Positions 62,706 through 64,000 of a stretch of 64,000 nucleotides of DNA are shown in pieces. Every line of letters starts with the position of its first letter. Positions within the stretch are counted from its first letter, which is position 1. The DNA lies in the NCBI GenBank assembly GCA_002104905.1, contig MCFE01000424.1:1-64000 (forward strand). The letters run 5' to 3'. This DNA comes from Basidiobolus meristosporus CBS 931.73 (taxonomy: Eukaryota > Fungi > Basidiobolomycota). Both the position numbers and the translations under genes were made by a program. Below the pieces are notes generated by a model that saw only the letters and a program-made list of their open reading frames with translations, did not search any database and had not been told where the DNA came from.

Positions 62706-63283
62706 TTTTGTAAATATGTGTATTTCCACCTAAATGCTCACCTAACTGAGTCACTTGGATCTTTACCTTCAAATCCTAGAGAATACTGACCAAATTCCTT
62801 GTTGGGATTTACTTAGAATATTTTCACCAAAATACCAGGTACCCAGAACAGGATAATTCTCAAAGTTGTCCAAACAGCCCCAAACTTTGCGCACATGTTG
62901 TTGGGACCTTTCTTAACCTATTCTGTGTGTTTGTAATGCCAAGACCAGGTAAAAGTATAAATACTACTTTTACATTCAATAAATCACTAAGTGAAAACCA
63001 CATAATCTACTTGTTCTCCCAATCACATCCAATATCTCCAAGACTCTTACAGCAGGTTATGAGCCCCAAGCTGTCACTCTCTGCAATATCTACTACTACT
63101 ATTACTGGAATTTTTCCCTCTGCTGAAAAGTTGGATGGATCTAACTATCAAGTGTGGAAGGTGAAGATGAAGATGCTGCTACAAGAAAGAGGCCTTTGGG
63201 ATATTGTCATGGGAGAAGAATGCCCTCCTAAAAACATGGGAGAGGAAGCCTTAAAGTACCAGAAGAACGAACAAAGTGCCTTT
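62706..63283 (+). mobile_element. Copia 5' LTR (to 63054), PBS and gag 5' end, interrupted by a same-family element
   Basis: Gag EKLDGSNYQVWKVKMKMLLQERGLWDIV breaks at ACAAAGTGCCTTT, followed directly by TGTTATA. Confidence 0.9.
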
Positions 63284-64000
63284 TGTTATAAAAATTTGTA
63301 TTTCCACCTAAGTATTCACCTAACTTAGTCACTTAGATCATTACCTTCAAATCCTAGAGAATACTGACCAAATTCCTTGTTGGGATTTACTTGGAATATT
63401 TTCACCAAAATACCAGGTACCCAGAACATGAAAATTCTAAAGTTGTCCAAACAGCCTTAAACTTTGCACACATGCTCTTGGGACCTTTCTTAACCTATTC
63501 TAGGTGTTTGTAATGCCAAGACCAGGTAAAAGTATAAATACTACTTTTACATTCAATAAATCATTAAGTGAAAACCACATAATCTACTTGTTCTCCCAAT
63601 CTCTTCCAATATCTCCAAGACTCTTACAACAGGTTATGAGCCCCAAGCTGTCACTCTCTGCAATATCTACTACTGCTATTACTGGAATTTTTCCCTCTGC
63701 TGAAAAGTTGGGTGGATCTAACTACCAAGTGTGGAAGGTGAAGATGAAGATGCTGCTACAAGAAAGAGGCCTTTGGGATATTGTCATGGGAGAAGAATGC
63801 CCTCCTAAAAATGTGGGAGAGGAAGCCTTGAAGTACCAGAAGAGAGAACAAAGTGCCTTTAACTGCATTTGCCTTAATGTCAAGGACAAATTGCTAATTC
63901 AATGCTCAAGAGCAAAACGGCAAAGAATGCCTGGAAGGCATTAGAAGACACCTACCAGTCATGCTCAGCTGCCAAGAAAATGTATCTGAGACAAATATTC
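63284..64000 (+). mobile_element. Copia 5' LTR (63284-63631, 348 bp), PBS and gag, continuing beyond the window
   Basis: TGTTATAA...CTTACAACA, then GGTTATGAGCCC and the gag N-terminus. Confidence 0.95.

Noticed and set aside
1-64000. tRNA, rRNA or snRNA genes
   Set aside because: No convincing cloverleaf, T-loop (GTTCGA) context or rRNA signature was found by inspection; tRNAscan-SE/Infernal would be needed to exclude them.

Overview
Eukaryotic, intron-containing genomic DNA, most likely from an early-diverging (non-Dikarya) fungus. This is an inference from short GT-AG introns, fungal-type genes and an Integrator subunit. The window has three compartments. (1) About 1-27.4 kb is a CpG-depleted graveyard of nested transposons: at least four decayed copies of one Ty1/Copia family with a Ty5/copia-type GGTTATGAGCCC primer site; two head-to-head copies of a PHIS-group (Harbinger/IS5-like) DDE transposon; two MITEs of that family with ATT target duplications, one a 733-bp near-perfect foldback; a CACTA/En-Spm relic; and two solo LTRs of a second family. 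(2) About 27.4-61.2 kb is a CpG-normal gene island: a membrane-anchored PDI, a Nup98 that stops exactly at its autocleavage site, an orphan ORF, a type I membrane protein with a C-terminal SH3 domain, INTS2, a PHO80-type cyclin, and several decayed gene relics. (3) About 61.2-64 kb returns to CpG-poor Copia LTR and gag pieces. No rRNA, tRNA or CRISPR array was found. Exon boundaries were read by hand, and coordinates of degenerate elements are approximate.
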